Source of the DNA: Balanoglossus misakiensis | Taxonomy: Eukaryota > Animalia > Hemichordata | Direction: 5' to 3' | NCBI GenBank assembly: GCA_040954595.2 | Contig: CM082595.2 | Location: 2,172,635 to 2,236,634, forward strand | DNA length: 64,000 nucleotides | In this document: positions 30,595 to 43,841 of the stretch, in pieces | How positions within the stretch are numbered: position 1 is the first letter of the stretch | Layout of the letters: every line of letters begins with the position of its first letter | Notes under the pieces: model-generated | The model's input: only the letters and a program-made list of their open reading frames with translations | Databases searched by the model: none | What the model was told of the DNA's origin: nothing | Program-made: the position numbers and the translations under genes

Positions 30595-31797
30595 CTTTAA
30601 ATGTGATATTTAAAATTTTTATCAAACAGGGTTCTCAGTATGGTTTGTTTCCTTCACTGAATTTCATCATCTGCAGCTGTCATCTTTATACAAACTTTCT
30701 ATACTCTTCGCAGTCACAGTGAAATTTTAAAAGATATTTTCTTGATTTCAATGCTTCAGTTAATTCTGACGAGGTAGATAAAATGGTGTTCATGAAAGTG
30801 TGAAAATTAAATTGTCATCTAACTTTGATTGCGTACTTTGTAGAAATGTTCTTTAGGACAAATCTTTAAATGTGCTTTACGTCATAGAATTATTAGCATC
30901 CTATCTCCTCAGTCCCTATAGAAATGGAACCAAGCGTGTCATTGAAAAGTACATTTATTTTCTAAAAGTCTTGAGAAAGCACATTTTTATGCATGCTATT
31001 TTATACTGCATAAGTTGCGTTGTATTTTGCAGTCCAGTGTAATTTCTTACAAAATGATATGACGAGACGTCTCTCAATGTATTATATTAATGTTCATGTT
31101 AAACAATAGAGTTCTCAGTAGTCGTAATTTGTCAGAAAAATGTAGTAATAGAACTTCATTTCAAGATGGCCGCCATGTCTGTTACTCTGTGTACTGTTCA
31201 GTTCCAATGCATGATGGGATTGAAAAATAGGGTTGATTTTTACTTTAAAAGGAAATTGATTTGTGAAAATGCAATGATAAAAAACTTAAATATCCATATG
31301 TGCTTGAACTAAAATATTATATTTCTATATTCTACATTTATGAGACTTCACTCTAAACACACGCTTGTCTTCTCCGTACATTAAATAAACAACTGTTTCA
31401 ATTCAGAGCTTTTATTTTTTCTGCTCCAGGATGGTAACACATGCTGGTGTGGTCATAGAAAAACTGTTTATGTCAATGCTGTTTATTTTAATCATGGCCA
31501 CTGAAATTTTATCAATCTGAAATGTTGCTTGAAGGAAGACATTTTAAAAATGTTTTCTGATTATTTTGATGTGTTACTACACAAAAATACATTATTTGTG
31601 TTTTTATTTTGTATTGTATACTCACAGCATACTATACTGCAGAAAAATAAATGTACCCTTTATTTTCAGGGTAACAAATGCAAAAAGTTTTCTTGTTTGT
31701 GTTTACATGTATGTGTCTATGAAATGAACATTCAATATGGCGACGCCCATAACTGCGTTAGCGCCCTCCTGCGACATACACATAGTACACATTCAAT

Positions 31798-34700
31798 ATG
31801 GCGGCGCCCAGTGCTAAGAAACGGTAAGCTGAATCTTCTGACCCGTCTTTTAGCCTGTTACATTTGAGGAAAATGGACCATTTACTATCTGAATGACAAC
31901 AGATACACTACAGATTCACGAGATTACATTCTCTATGATGTTGATTTAGTGTCTATGGGTAATCGACACGGTCAAAGTGATCCGAGGTGCATTCGAACGA
32001 CCAAGCACGTGGTTATATTCCACGTGGTTGTATGTGTACATGTACATATCATGAGTACGTACAAGATTTAAAGTAATGCCGTGTGGAATTTCTTTCTTTA
32101 ATTTCTGCACCATGTCAAAATTGTGGTTTACATTGCTCTAAGACAAAGTTCTATCTCGGTCACGGCAAATCTTGCAATTTAAATGCCATTGGCTGTATCA
32201 TATAGGGGGGGGGGGGCTGATCCAAGCGTAGTGTAGGTGCTCTGCCATCCCCACCCCCACCACCAAGTGTCCAAGTGTAAAAACAGCCCACCTGACATTC
32301 CACCAATGGCTGAATGAGTGAAGGGTAGCACCATTGGTGGGGGGGGGGGGGGTTCTCGCTTATACCTATACCTCCATGGTTGCACTTATCTGCCAATACA
32401 TTAGTTCAAAGTTTAACATTGTGTTGGATGGTAAAAACTGCCAATTGTTTGCCTCAACAGCAGGCAAAACCGTGAGTATGTCATTAGTCCCACTATCCTG
32501 AATTGCACTTTATGAAGGAAAGAAGTAAAAATCGCAAAATATTCCCCTTTTTCAGCAACCTGGCCGAGATGAGTGTTGATGATTTCCTCACGTATGGAAT
32601 AGATTCAGATTCAGGTGGGAGTAAGACATCAGACTCCTTGGATCTGGTCCGAGCGAAGAAAGCTGGTGGAATGAAAAAAGGTGACGTTAATGATGCCAAG
32701 AAAGTGAAGCAGAAGAAGATGCAGTCTGCAGAATCAACAAAGAAGGAAAGACCAGTCAAGGAGAAGAAACTGACGAAGAAGAAGAAAACAAATGATGATG
32801 TCAAGCAAACTGAAAGCACTATGAATGCCAAGAGCATGAAAGTGTCGAAGGAAAGTCTTGTAAAGACACAGATGCAAAATGGTGGCAAGGATGTCAAAGC
32901 CAAAGAGAAGAAAGCAATACAGAAGAAAAGGGAAAAAGATGAGGTTAAATCTGATGATGATATGGCTGATGATGAGGAGGATATTGATGATGAGGAGGAG
33001 GAGGAAGAGGACAGCGACGATGATGATCAGGGTCAACAGTAAGTTGAAGTCTTTGGTTTAATCTTCTGTGAAAATGATAACAAAGGTAATCTGTAAATGA
33101 ATGAAAGTATTGTCCAAGTTCAAAGATGACACTTTTCTGTCGTCATTGTTTTCAGGACAAAAGTATTGGCTGGAGAGAGACACAAGCAGCAGATGGAAAG
33201 ATTGAAAGAGAATGATCCAGAATTCTACAAGTTCCTGAAGGAAGAAGATCAGGATTTGTTAGATTTTGATTTGAGTGGATCTGACTATGATGATGATTCT
33301 GAAGATGATGAAGATGCAGTTCATCAATTGCCGGACAAACTTGAGGTATGACAGTGAGGGTCTCATTTCAATGTCAAGAAGTTGCTCTGATGATGTTAAA
33401 GTCATTGGAGTGGATCTCCAAATTTGGTTTTTCTGTGGCAAGATTGTTGTCGGTCCACAGTTGTGATGTCCTATTACTTTGTACATTATCACACTTGCTA
33501 CTAGGTTGACAGCGACAATGACAGTGTATCAGGCGAGGAGAGTAATGTTGCCATGGATACAGCTAAAAGCAGTACTGAAAAAAGTTCCACTGTGGTAACG
33601 CTGAAGATGGTTGCTAAGTGGAAAGAATTGATGGAGGTAAATACCTAAATGTTGTTTCATCATTAATGACAGTATGATCTTATGCAGTCAGAAATGGCTT
33701 GATATGTATTTTTCATCTCACTGACTGTCTAGACAGTTTATTTTATTCCCATGTCTTTTTCCCCCAATTTCAGGAAAGTCGTTCTGTAAATGCTTTGCAC
33801 GAATCGGTGAGAGCATTCAAGGCGGCAGTTCAACAGACCGGCAGAGAAGAAAGTGAAGAAATTGGAAAATATAGAGTAGAAGGAAGTCAGGGTGGGTAAT
33901 TTGGTTGCCATGCCAATGATGACTTTGCTGGTATAGATCTGTTTCTGGGGTAATGACGATAGTACATGACCATAGCAACACTGTCTTCCCCCGTAGTGCT
34001 GTGTTTGTGTTGCTAAGTAAAATCTGTTTTATCATTGTTGCCATGGGCTTCATTCGCCAGAGATGACCATTATTACATCAAAGCTAATATTGTAATATTT
34101 CGACATGTTTGTATATGTCTCCTTGACACTGATCTGTTGTTACTGCCTTTCTTTACAGTCTTCAATGCTGTCGTCACTCTGTGTGTGAGAGAAGTACCTC
34201 TGACATTACAAGCTATTCTTGGACTCAGAGATAATAAACAGAAAAAGTAAGTGTTCTAATTAAAGTAGGAATACGATCAGAGATACTAGTTTAATGTTCT
34301 ATTTGCATTGAGCTACTGATTTTGATAAAATTTGAAATGCTCTTTTCAGGATCACTGAAACCACAGCCATTCATTGGTCTCATGAAAACTTCATAACTTT
34401 GTTTGTTTGCAGGATTGTGTTGCCATCCTCCAGTAAGAAGTGGTTCAAAGTGAAGCACAATGTGAAGTCATACTTGACGGATGTCATTCAGGTACTGTGG
34501 TGTTTCGCATTTTGGACAACTGTGATCCCCGAGGAAAGTTTCATACTGTATGAGAAGTGTCAACCCAATCAGCTAATTTCTTACCATGTCTTGTATTCAT
34601 TATTTTACAGTTATTATCGCAACTCTCAGAAGCAACCATTGTTTCAGTGATATTGCGCCATATACACATCATGGTACCCTACTATGCCTGCTTCCCAAAA

Positions 34701-36558
34701 GTCGCCAAACATCTTATCAAGGTAAGTGATATCATTCAGTTGTAGTATTGAACTTGGCCTAAAAGTCAGACTAAATCTCAGTCTGTGTGCGTTACCCACT
34801 ATTTTCCCTTCTTTCTTCCAGAAATTGGTAATGTTATGGAGTTCTGCAGAAGAAACAGTGAGAGTTCTGGCGTTTTTATCGATTTTCCGAATTGCCTTCA
34901 ATTTACAAGATTCTCTGTTGGAATATTGTTTAAAGGTAAGTTTAGTAAAACTGACTGTCAGTCATATGTCATTGCTATGTCTAAATTGTTGTATCAGTAA
35001 AAGTTGAAGTACTAGTATTTTTCACCAATTATTTCCTCATTTTGTTTCTTGCAGCAAATGTACATGGGATATGTACGGAACTGTAAATTCACCTCGCCCA
35101 ACGCTCTGCCAATGATAAACTTCATGCAGCGATCATTGACCGAGTTGTTTGCCATCAACACACAAGTCACGTATCAACACGCGTTTGTGTACATCAGGCA
35201 GTTGGCTATTCATCTGAGAAATGCCATCACGACTAAAAAGAAGGTGAGTGTGTGAAATAATCGTGTCCACTGAATGTATCTTAGCTGTAATTTTTGATAG
35301 CGATCTTTTGTGTGTCCACTACACCTTCTTGTACTTCTTCTGATGACATGCAGATGCTTATTTTTTGAGTCATTGATGAGAATTTTTGTCTGATTTGACC
35401 CTGTAGGATACATACCAGGCAATTTACAACTGGCAGTACATCCATAGTTTGTATCTGTGGTGTCGTTTGTTGAGTACAGTGCACCCTAATGCAACATTGC
35501 AACCACTTATCTATCCACTGGTGCAGATAACTGTAGGAGTTATCAGGTGAGGACATTTTGCTTGAGGGTAACTGCACCCCATCCCACGCCACCCCCACCC
35601 CACCCCAATAGTCCATGAAACTAAGTTACCATTTCAACAACTGTTCATCCTACAACTTTTCATTTATATGTTTCTTCTTGCTCTCCACACTTCCAGACTG
35701 ATCCCGGCAGCCAGGTATTATCCATTACGATTTCACTGTCTGCGCGCTCTCAATCTCCTATCAGAGGCTACAGGAACATTTATACCAATTCTGCCATTCC
35801 TGATGGAGGTGAGTTCATCATTTAACTTCCCTCCCTCTGTATATATGTGTGATGTGTTGGATCTCAACATTCCATAGTAAATGGTGCTATTTTGCAAACA
35901 TGATCATATGACTCATCACTTTTTGTGCTCAACTTCTCAGGTGTTTGAACAGACTTCATGGAACAAGAAACACAGTGCAGCCAGCTTTAAACCAATCAAC
36001 TTTGCCGTTATATTGAAATTATCCAAATCGCAGCTGCAAGAAAGAAGCTTCAGGGTAGGTAACCTTTGACCTCCATAACCTGTCCTTACATCCTCGTGTT
36101 TCTGTTGGTATGAATCTATCAGTCTGATGAAAAACTCATGTATTTTTACTTTCTTTTCTTGATAGGATGGGCTGATTGATCAACTGTACGATATGTTGCT
36201 CGAACATTTGACTATCCACAGTCACTGTATAGGATTTCCAGAGTTAGCTCTGCCGCTTATAATAGAGGTAAGATGTCATTCTGTGTCTTTCTCAAGATTG
36301 TGCAGTTTTGAAAATTAGTTTCCTTACCAAAACTTTATGACAGTAATGTGATGTACACTTTTCCAACTTGCTCATATTAATTTTGTTTTCATTTTAAACT
36401 CTTGGCAGATGAAAACATTTCTGAAGAAGTGCAAAGTTAGCAACTACTGCCGTCAGATGAAACAGCTTCTCGAGAAAATCCAAGAGAATTGTGAAGTCAT
36501 CAATAAACGACGAGATGCTACTACTATCAATCTGAGTGATGAAAAAACAATTGTAAGT

Positions 36559-36593
<35 letters not shown>

Positions 36594-37330
36594 AGAGGGA
36601 GAGAGAGCGAGAAGAGCATGAGTGTGTGTGTGTGTGTGCCTGAATGCAAGAGAGAAAGAGTGAGACAGAGAGGCGGACACTGATTTCATTTTCATGTTCA
36701 CAGGCAAACTGGGAAATCATGAGCAAGCAACAAGGTACACCAATCAGCAAACTGTACGGAACTTACAAGAAATTGAGAGAAAAAGAACTGATTCATGAAG
36801 AAGCAGGCAAAGAGAGGGTAAGAGATGAAATTCTTTGTAAGACAGCATTAGGTTTTGATGGAAAGGGTGCCCTCTGTGTCATCAATTGACTGGTCCTTCG
36901 CCCCAAATGAACGAAGTATGATAATTCCATGTCTAAGAGATCTTACTTTCTTTTCACATTATCGCAGATTGGAAGTGATGAAATTCCGTACATTGAAAGA
37001 AGAAAACAGAAAAAAGATCAGGACAAGAAAGAATTCCAAGGGTTGTTTATGTCCTCGGAGTCTGAAGACAGCGACCCAGAGGAATTCTTCTCTAAGGGTG
37101 GAATGGGAGAGAGAAAGAGGAAGAAGGAAAGCAGCGACGAAGAGGAGAGTGATGACGAGGTAAGCGAGGCAGATGTAAGTGATGAAGAAGATGTAGAGTC
37201 GGATGTTGCCATGGAAACTAAAGAGGAAATTGGAAAGAAACATCGTGTGGATTTGAAGGACATCGGGGAGGAGGAAGAAGATGTTATAGAAGAACTCCAA
37301 CTGTCATCTTCTGAAGACGAGGATGATGAT

Positions 37331-37361
<31 letters not shown>

Positions 37362-37387
37362 ATGATGATGATGAAGATGATGATTAA
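31798..37387 (+). CDS. NOC2L: Nucleolar complex protein 2 homolog, multi-exon
   Basis: Exon 1 is MAAPSAKK|gtaag. Then [95 protein letters not shown] and GFPELALP, ending in an acidic tail. Confidence 0.96.
36558..36640. repeat. Compound (GA)n/(G)n/(TG)n microsatellite in a NOC2L intron
   Basis: Runs are directly visible: gagagaga..., ggggggg and gtgtgtgt. Confidence 0.9.
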
Positions 37388-39096
37388 ATTCGTATTTGTG
37401 TGTAAGAATCCCGACAATAAAATAATATTTCTCTGAAAATTATAAAGTATTTCGCAAATCGAAGTTTTCAATTTTTGGGGTGCATCAACCGCACAATGTG
37501 CACAAGCCATGAAAGTACAAAATTGAAACTTTATTTACAAAAAATATACAAAAAAAAACATTGATAGGAATACTGACACTCATGCCATTAAACGTGACAT
37601 GATCTCTTCAGTAGATTTTCTATCAAATACTTTAAACTGAAAATAAGATGCCAAAAATATGTGGGTAAACTAAAGACTAGTCAATCTAATGGAATATAGG
37701 ACATTTCCTCTCAAATATTGCTTTTTTTCTACTATAGCAATTTTATGTGCATTTAATGCGTAAATGCCAGAAAAAAATATGGCAAGGTCTGGCTACCTGT
37801 ATCTAAAACTACATTTCTATTTGAAATATATAGATAACAAAGTAAATGATTTTAGTATAACAGCTCTAATGATTTGTGCGAGGCTTTGATTTGCCTTGGG
37901 TTACAGTATAGCACCATTTGAAATATGAGTACAATTGTTGTAGTGATTGCTTTTAAACAATAACTGGTAATAATGCCATTTTGTGGCTTGGAAATACCAA
38001 CATGAAGTAATTGTAACATAGAAGATGAACTGTTGAATGTATTTTAACAGGAAAGCCGTAGAAAATCGAGAGACTGCGAATCAAACTATTGGCAGTTTCA
38101 AAATACCAACAAACTTCAATGTGCGCCATGCCACATTTAACATCTCTTCAAAAACGAAAATAAACTGGGCAGCCTTCAGCTGTTTATATATGATTACAAT
38201 GATGATAAAACTGACTTGATAAAAGAAAATATAATTGGAGATATCAAAACAGTTAGACAAAACAGAAAAGTCTGAATCTACTATACGGGAATTATTTCTG
38301 AGAATATAAAATATTTCTGAGAAAATAAACTATCCGTCTGCTGTAAAAGTCCACATTCTTTCCACAATTTCTGACTTGTCTTTCACTTCATGTGCTGCAA
38401 AGTATGGATAGCAATCAGCGGGCTTGCTAATTTTAATCTTACTCGAATTCAAACTATAATCAAGATCACTGGTGCCTTCAACAAGCTCATTTCAAGCCCT
38501 GCTTGTTGTAAAGGTCCCTCAGCTTAAAGTCAGAAATTATAAATGTATATGAACACCTGCATATTATAAAGATTATAAATGTAAAGTAATAGAAAAAGTA
38601 TCTCAGTCCTGTCTGAGCTTTTGAAAAGAATTGTCACTTTTGACTTCAAAATTATTTCTGTGTCCTTTGATATTGCTATCCCATAATAGTCAGTGCTTTG
38701 TTGAATCAGAACTGTCTGTATCCATGGTTACGTGAACATGTTGATTCATGCCAACACACAAGTGTAGTTTTGTTGACAATGTTCTGGTTTCTACACACTG
38801 CATTTTTTTTCTCCAGAAAAGTCAATGTTTCAAGGTGTTTGTGCAGCAGAGAAGTGCACAGATGACCTTAAACTTGGCAGTAGAACTTGCTATTTAATGT
38901 TTTCCATGGCAACCAAAAAGTTGTCTCTTCCAGAAGCTAAGCTTGGTAACTCTCGATCATTCATCCACTTTGCTCTCTGGAGTTATGATGTAGTTACTGC
39001 AACATACAAACGTACATCACTGGAGTGTTCACCTCACAAATGAACAAACAATCCCGGAGGCATGATGAAGTCCATCCAGCCACAAACCAACCACTC

Positions 39097-42000
39097 CTAC
39101 TGGCTGTTCAGCTCATCATAATACTTGCTGCCACGGCAATACATACAGTAGCCCTGTCGTCTGGCAACGTGCAGTCTTATTTTCAGAGCTGGTCCAAGTT
39201 TGAGTCCAAAGTTATGAAGCAGATGATCTTCGGTGAGTAGTGGCAATGTTTCTCCATCGATGGCTTGATCTTTGAATATCTGAAACAATGATCACAAATT
39301 TTATAAATCATCTGCAATTAACACTTTTAGTTCTATTTTTCCACTGATAAAACAATGAAGCAGTTCTCACCTGGGCGTACTCAGAACAGCCATTCAGTGA
39401 CACTACAAACTGATAAACATCCTCCACCGTCCAATTAGAAAGGCTCTCTAAAGGAGCTGAGCTGGCATTGACAACAACTGTATCCGATGAGGGTCTGGAC
39501 TGGTTGCTATGGGAACTGTTGGCATGGGAACTGCTTTGGTGGAAAGGCATGTCGTGTCTACTTTTCAGTTCGATGTACATTCCATTTCTGTTCGTGGTGT
39601 TACCTCTGTCATGGCTGTGGTGGTGTGAGGCCAGCTCTGAATACCTGCTGTGAAAGAAATATCGGTACCTGCATTAATCAAAGTACCTTGTATCTGAATG
39701 TGTCTTCACTGTGTCGTTTTGAGACTACAAATCGATCCTTGTGGGTGATACAGTATGCAGTTCATGATTTGACCACACGTGGTTAAACACACACACAGTT
39801 TCTACACACCTTCCATTGTAGGTGTTTTGCCTGTTGATTGGGAATGTTGACTTCGAAGAACCATAGGTCAAGGTGATTGTTGGTCCACGACCTTGTGTCT
39901 GTCAATAAAAAAAGGATGAAGCAGAAGGTCAGTATTGCTAATTTTCATCATTGATTTCTTGCAACTCTGTACTCTGACCTTTTTGTGCCAGTATTGACTC
40001 GTATACTAAATGAGTTCTTTGGGGTCACAGGTTATGACCTACCTCTGGGTCGTGATGTTGAGGCATACTTTGCTTGCGGGATTTGTGCAACTGTTTGCCG
40101 AGCAATGTGGAGTGTTGAGAATTGGCTGGTGACATTCTGTCAGAATCGGTTGGTGAAAGTGGATTGCCTTGTAGAGATCTTTTTGTATGTTCTGCTGTGA
40201 AGAGAAGAAATATTGTGAGTGAAGGGAAAGGAGTGTGAATTTCTCTAATTCTGTGTTTGAGTTTGGGTTGGAGATGTACCTTTGCAGGGAGCCCTCTAAA
40301 ATCGAAAAGAAATGACAGAAATTACCCAGATGCTGGGGCTCCAGGGAGTTTGCTAATTCATAAATTCTTCTCTGTTCCTCATAGCAAACGTCTTCACCAT
40401 CAATATGGATGTCTCGGTCATCATCTGTGCAAAAACAACAGAAAAAAATAAGTTGAATGTAATTTAAAACAAAGGAAATTCAGACTGGATATATTCTCTT
40501 TGTTGTGAACTTTTACTGTGGTAATATTTGTTCAAATTCATAATTTTTTTCCGTACCTGTCTGGGGAGACGAGCTTCTTCTTCTCTTTGAGGCAACAGAA
40601 GAACTCTCTCGGTCAGGGCATGGTCTCTTTCTATGTTCAGTGTCAGATGGTGATGACCGCCCACTGGGATCTAGCTGAGAACCACTGGCTTGGTGTAAAT
40701 GTGATATAATGGCCGACAGACCACCATTGGAACTGTCAAAGCTCCTGACAATAAAACAGGAAGTTTTGGTTTGTCATTTTCAATAATATTACATAATTGT
40801 TTTAAAGTTTTAATAGTCCCATACAAGACTTTATACATGTATATGTATTGACCAATCAGAACGCTCGATACTTTGGCCTACGTCATTATTCAATCTGGGG
40901 GTGTCCGGCTATGTTTCTAGCGCCACCAACACGTTTACATTTTCCTCACTTTTGTTTATTTGTTAAAAATGTACGTCTATCGACTTTATATTGTAACCCA
41001 CCCCTTCTAACGAAATGGCGAGTGTAAAATAAAACTTTTAAGTTGTAAAAACTCTCGGAAAACCCGAAAAACAAGGTCCATGGATCGGGCCATGGACCGG
41101 CCGCCATTGATCCCAGAGTCCTTTGCGGAAGAGATTGTTCTATTCAATCTGGGGGTGTCCGGCTATGTTTCTAGCGCCACCAACACGTTTACATTTTCCT
41201 CACTTTTGTTTATTTGTTAAAAATGTACGACTATCGACTTTATATTGTAACCCACCCCTTCTAACGAAATGGCGAGTGTAAAATAAAACTTTTAAGTTGT
41301 AAAAACTCTCGGAAAACCCGAAAAACAAGGTCCATGGATCAGGCCATGGACCGGCCGCCATTGATCCCAGAGTCCTTTGCGGAAGAGCCGGACACCCCCA
41401 GATTGAATAGAACAATCTCTTCCGCAAAGCACTCTGGGATCAATGGCGGCCGGTCCATGGCCCTATCCATGGACCGTGTTTTTCGGGTTGTCCGAGAGTT
41501 TTTACAACTTAAAAGTTTTATTTTACACTCGCCATTTCGTTAGAAGGGGTGGGTTACAATATAAAGTCGATAGTCGTACATTTTTAAGCACAGCGCCACC
41601 AGCGGCCGAGCAGGGGTTGCTGTTCTTTATGCAAAGTACTTACCCTTTCCTGCTTCTCTCGAGCATGCCTGGCGGTCCCGTGATTTCTCGCGTGATTGTG
41701 ATTCCGCTATAATCATTCTGACTTGGTCGTTTTGTTGGAACCATCGTCGGCGCTGAGGTTCCACGCTTGTCGGCAAGTCGCCCACGGTTCTGTCATAAAA
41801 AAAAGCAGAAAACGAACTTTTGAAAGTTGGCACGCTTGGCAAACAGCGCAATCATGCAGAATAAAGTGGGCAAACTGGTACAATATTCAATTTCGTTGCA
41901 ACATCTTTTTCATTCAATGCTCTATATATATTTTATGAATTATGCTTTACTTTTAAACAACATATGTTCGTTGCTCGCTAGCTGTTTCAGCTTACTTCGT

Positions 42001-43841
42001 CGGAGCACAGGTTGCGAGATTTATAGCCCAGCTTTTCATTTCAAAGATGTAAATTACACAGTCATATATGCAATTTAAATTTGAAAGACAATGACGCGAC
42101 TGATTCTAACCACAGGTGTGCTGACACGACATGCCGCACAATCGCATATTGGTGGATGCGTTTGCAGGAGTCCCCTGTTCATCAGCGTTTTCAAACATTT
42201 GCCCCGATGTCGGATACTTCTCTTCCAGTCCTTCGCTGTCTCTCGTCCACTCACGAACTGAAATTCGTTTGGTGTCAGCCACGAATTCTGCAAAGGGGAG
42301 AAACAGCAGGTTAAATATCTCTCGCCGGAAGCGGACAATTTGAAATGAAGCTCACTTCTTATCCTTAACGGAATGATTTGGGGTAAGTTGATTGATTTGC
42401 TGTTAACTTTCCGATACAATAATCCAAACAGTTAGCTGACAGGGTTCTGGCCAAAACCATGATATAAATTCGAAATATCGCCGGAAAAAACGAAAGAGGC
42501 CATGCCCCCTCGTACACAGCGCCCCCAACGTACCTTGAATAAAATACACTGTCCCTTACTTCCCTGGCAAAGCTTGGCGAGATACAAGTTCGCTTTATTT
42601 TCACCGCATTCAATCTCCAGTATAGGCTGGCCGTCGTCATCAAGAGCTGGTTTGAAGTCGTCGGTTGAACGCACTGGATAATCTGACGCCTGTGTGTAAA
42701 ATGACCAAATAGTGTTGTGGGAAATTAATATTAATATGTTTGGGGGGATTTTCCCTGTCAACGGTTTTACAATTTCCCGTTTTAATCGACAATCTTCGTT
42801 AGCAATACAGGATAAAGAGCTCCCCCTTCAAAGAACCAATAACATCTGTCTAGGAAGGAAAAGCGGAATGTGCCTTTTGTGATAAAATAGTCGTTAAAAG
42901 TGAATCTTGTATTTCTGCTAACTCATCTTCCTCTTTCCTCTCAAAGTGAACTGAAAAAGCGACATGGCATTTGACTGAATATCCCGCCATTTCCTTGCAG
43001 ATGTTATAAGTTCAAGGAGGAATATGCGCGTTAATTTTTTAAGCAGTCGCATCTTTTTGTCGTCTGCGAGATCTTTGTTCTTTTAACGTTGTCGTTTTTC
43101 TGCGCATACTACAAGCATGTCATTTATCATTTTTGTTGAGAAGTCAGCCTACACATAAAACGATTTCCGGAGGTACAATGTGGTTTCGCGATATCATTAA
43201 ACGAAAATAACCTGGCTTCGTCGATGTTACTGAAAAAAATGATTAAATCCCGCGGTTGGTGGAGCGTGGATGTTGTTGGTTATATTTATCACGCGCTATA
43301 TTCACGTGATCATGCCGCAGGATAAACACAGATGGTGTGTAACGTCGGAAATCGTGCACGAGCGATCGACAACAAATTTTCAGCCCATGCGCGCTTTCAC
43401 GCACAGTATATACATATTTTAAAAAACGGACAGAAAGACCAGAATAGAAAGACGTTGATTTATGGTGTGTAGCTCAGGAAATAAACGCAATTATGAAGTT
43501 TGGGTAATTGGACAGACCTCTGCGTTGAAATCCTCGCTGGAATTTCTGCTGTAGTCATCGTTTCCGCCGCTGTGTGTACGATCACGATGTTCACTCTTTG
43601 ACATTTCACGATCTTCATCGCCATCTTCATCATCATCGTCGTCATCATCATCATCATCATCGTCGTCGTCGTCTAGATCGGGAGTGTTATTATCCGCGTC
43701 TCTGGCGGCTTGTCCGTTTTCCGTCCTCTTTCCTTCCTCGATCTCGTCCGGCTTCTCTTGTTTGATTTCTTGTTTCATCGACGACAAAGGGGTGTTGTCG
43801 GCGGGATCCGGCGATCCCGAGGACACAGAGTCGGTTGCCAT
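39097..43841 (-). CDS. SAMD11: SAMD11/SAMD7-like SAND + SAM domain transcriptional repressor, multi-exon
   Basis: SAND region DFKPALDDDGQPILEIECGENKANLYLAKLCQGSKG...WLTPNEFQFVSGRETAKDWKRSIRH...HPPICDC...TPV|NRGRLADKR closely matches the recalled long vertebrate SAMD11 isoform. SAM domain: WTVEDVYQFVVSLNGCSEYAQIFKDQAIDGETLPLLTEDHLLHNFGLKLGPALKIR. Convergent with NOC2L. Confidence 0.92.
40887..41587. repeat. Composite repeat: two ~254 bp direct copies plus an inverted ~200 bp copy, with MITE-like 24 bp terminal inverted repeats
   Basis: 40887-41140 is nearly identical to 41141-41387. 41386-41587 is the reverse complement of about 40963-41164. TATTCAATCTGGGGGTGTCCGGCT (40887 and 41141) pairs with AGCCGGACACCCCCAGATTGAATA (41386-41409). 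Confidence 0.9.

Noticed and set aside
35338-35395. Second C/D-like pattern (CTGATGA...TTGATGA...CTGA) in a NOC2L intron
   Set aside because: Too short (~55 nt), no terminal stem, and it overlaps the branch/acceptor region.
40887-41409. Repeated 24 bp word as a CRISPR-like array
   Set aside because: The intervening sequences are copies of each other rather than unique spacers, there are no cas genes, and the context is a eukaryotic intron.
41200-41712. Two near-identical ORFs (MAAGPWP...) on opposite strands
   Set aside because: A by-product of the inverted repeat, with no sign of coding function.
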